A DNA stretch of 64,000 bases, from the NCBI RefSeq assembly GCF_910592395.1, contig NC_088308.1, positions 2,728,001 through 2,792,000 on the forward strand, in the 5' to 3' direction. The position numbers were made by a program, and so were the translations under genes. The notes under the pieces were generated by a model, which was not told where the DNA came from, did not search any database, and worked only from the letters and a program-made list of their open reading frames with translations. How positions within the stretch are numbered: position 1 is the stretch's first letter; each line of letters starts with the position of its first letter. Origin of the DNA: Lineus longissimus. Its lineage: Eukaryota. Shown here piece after piece: positions 63,501-64,000 of this stretch.

Positions 63501-64000
63501 TTCGGAGATGCTTTCAAGTCTAAATCTTTCGGTACATGACTTTAGCTTTTGGTTCAATGTCATTGAAAAACAATGCAGATATTCTTATCAAGGTAAACAT
63601 ATGTAGTCATGATTTTTTGGTTTACATGTCTTGATAATTGCTTCGTGAAATATTCATCAGCAAGCCTCCCAGATTTTCTAAATGGAAGTGCTGCTGACCA
63701 ATCTGAGCAGAAGCACTCTCGCTCCTGGCTGTCAAGCAACCAAGGGATTGTTTCCACTGCAAGACAATATTGTCACTTAGAGTGATATATGAGCTGGTTG
63801 CTGATATTTTACCATCCCTCACAGCCTGATATAATAGATGAAGACTAACCATCTGCGTGAAGTACCCAGGTGGAAAAATATGACTACATATATCAGTATC
63901 ATGGTAAGGTCTTTGATCAATGCGATCATAGCAGGGGCAAGAAAGATGACACGAAACTTCAAAGCATTTTTCTTGTCTCTCAAGATTGGCAAAAACCTCA

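Overview
Eukaryotic (invertebrate animal-like, AT-rich, GT-AG introns) genomic window. In order: the frameshifted 3' end of a non-LTR retrotransposon (1-1166); a complete 23-coding-exon BPTF/NURF301 gene (+); an intergenic stretch of short tandem arrays and MITEs; a single-coding-exon GT32 (DXD) glycosyltransferase (+); an 8-coding-exon ZDHHC6 palmitoyltransferase (+) with a Helentron-like element in intron 1; a ~2.8 kb 108/124/129-bp satellite; and, on the - strand and absent from the ORF track, the last six coding exons of an RBFOX/Fox-1 gene whose 5' part lies beyond the window. The most interesting signals cluster on RBFOX. (i) Its introns carry serial long-range inverted repeats whose transition mismatches are mostly G-U pairs in the sense RNA. 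(ii) One perfect 15-bp helix loops out a candidate in-frame alternative exon that would remove the C-terminal PY-NLS. (iii) RBFOX's own UGCAUG binding site is enriched on the sense strand of the last intron, and 15 more copies sit in the satellite just past the inferred end of a ~9 kb 3' UTR. (iv) Two MITEs in that UTR share a target-site duplication only at their outer ends, like a composite transposon. All exon models, counts and pairings were read by eye; no searches or folding programs were run.
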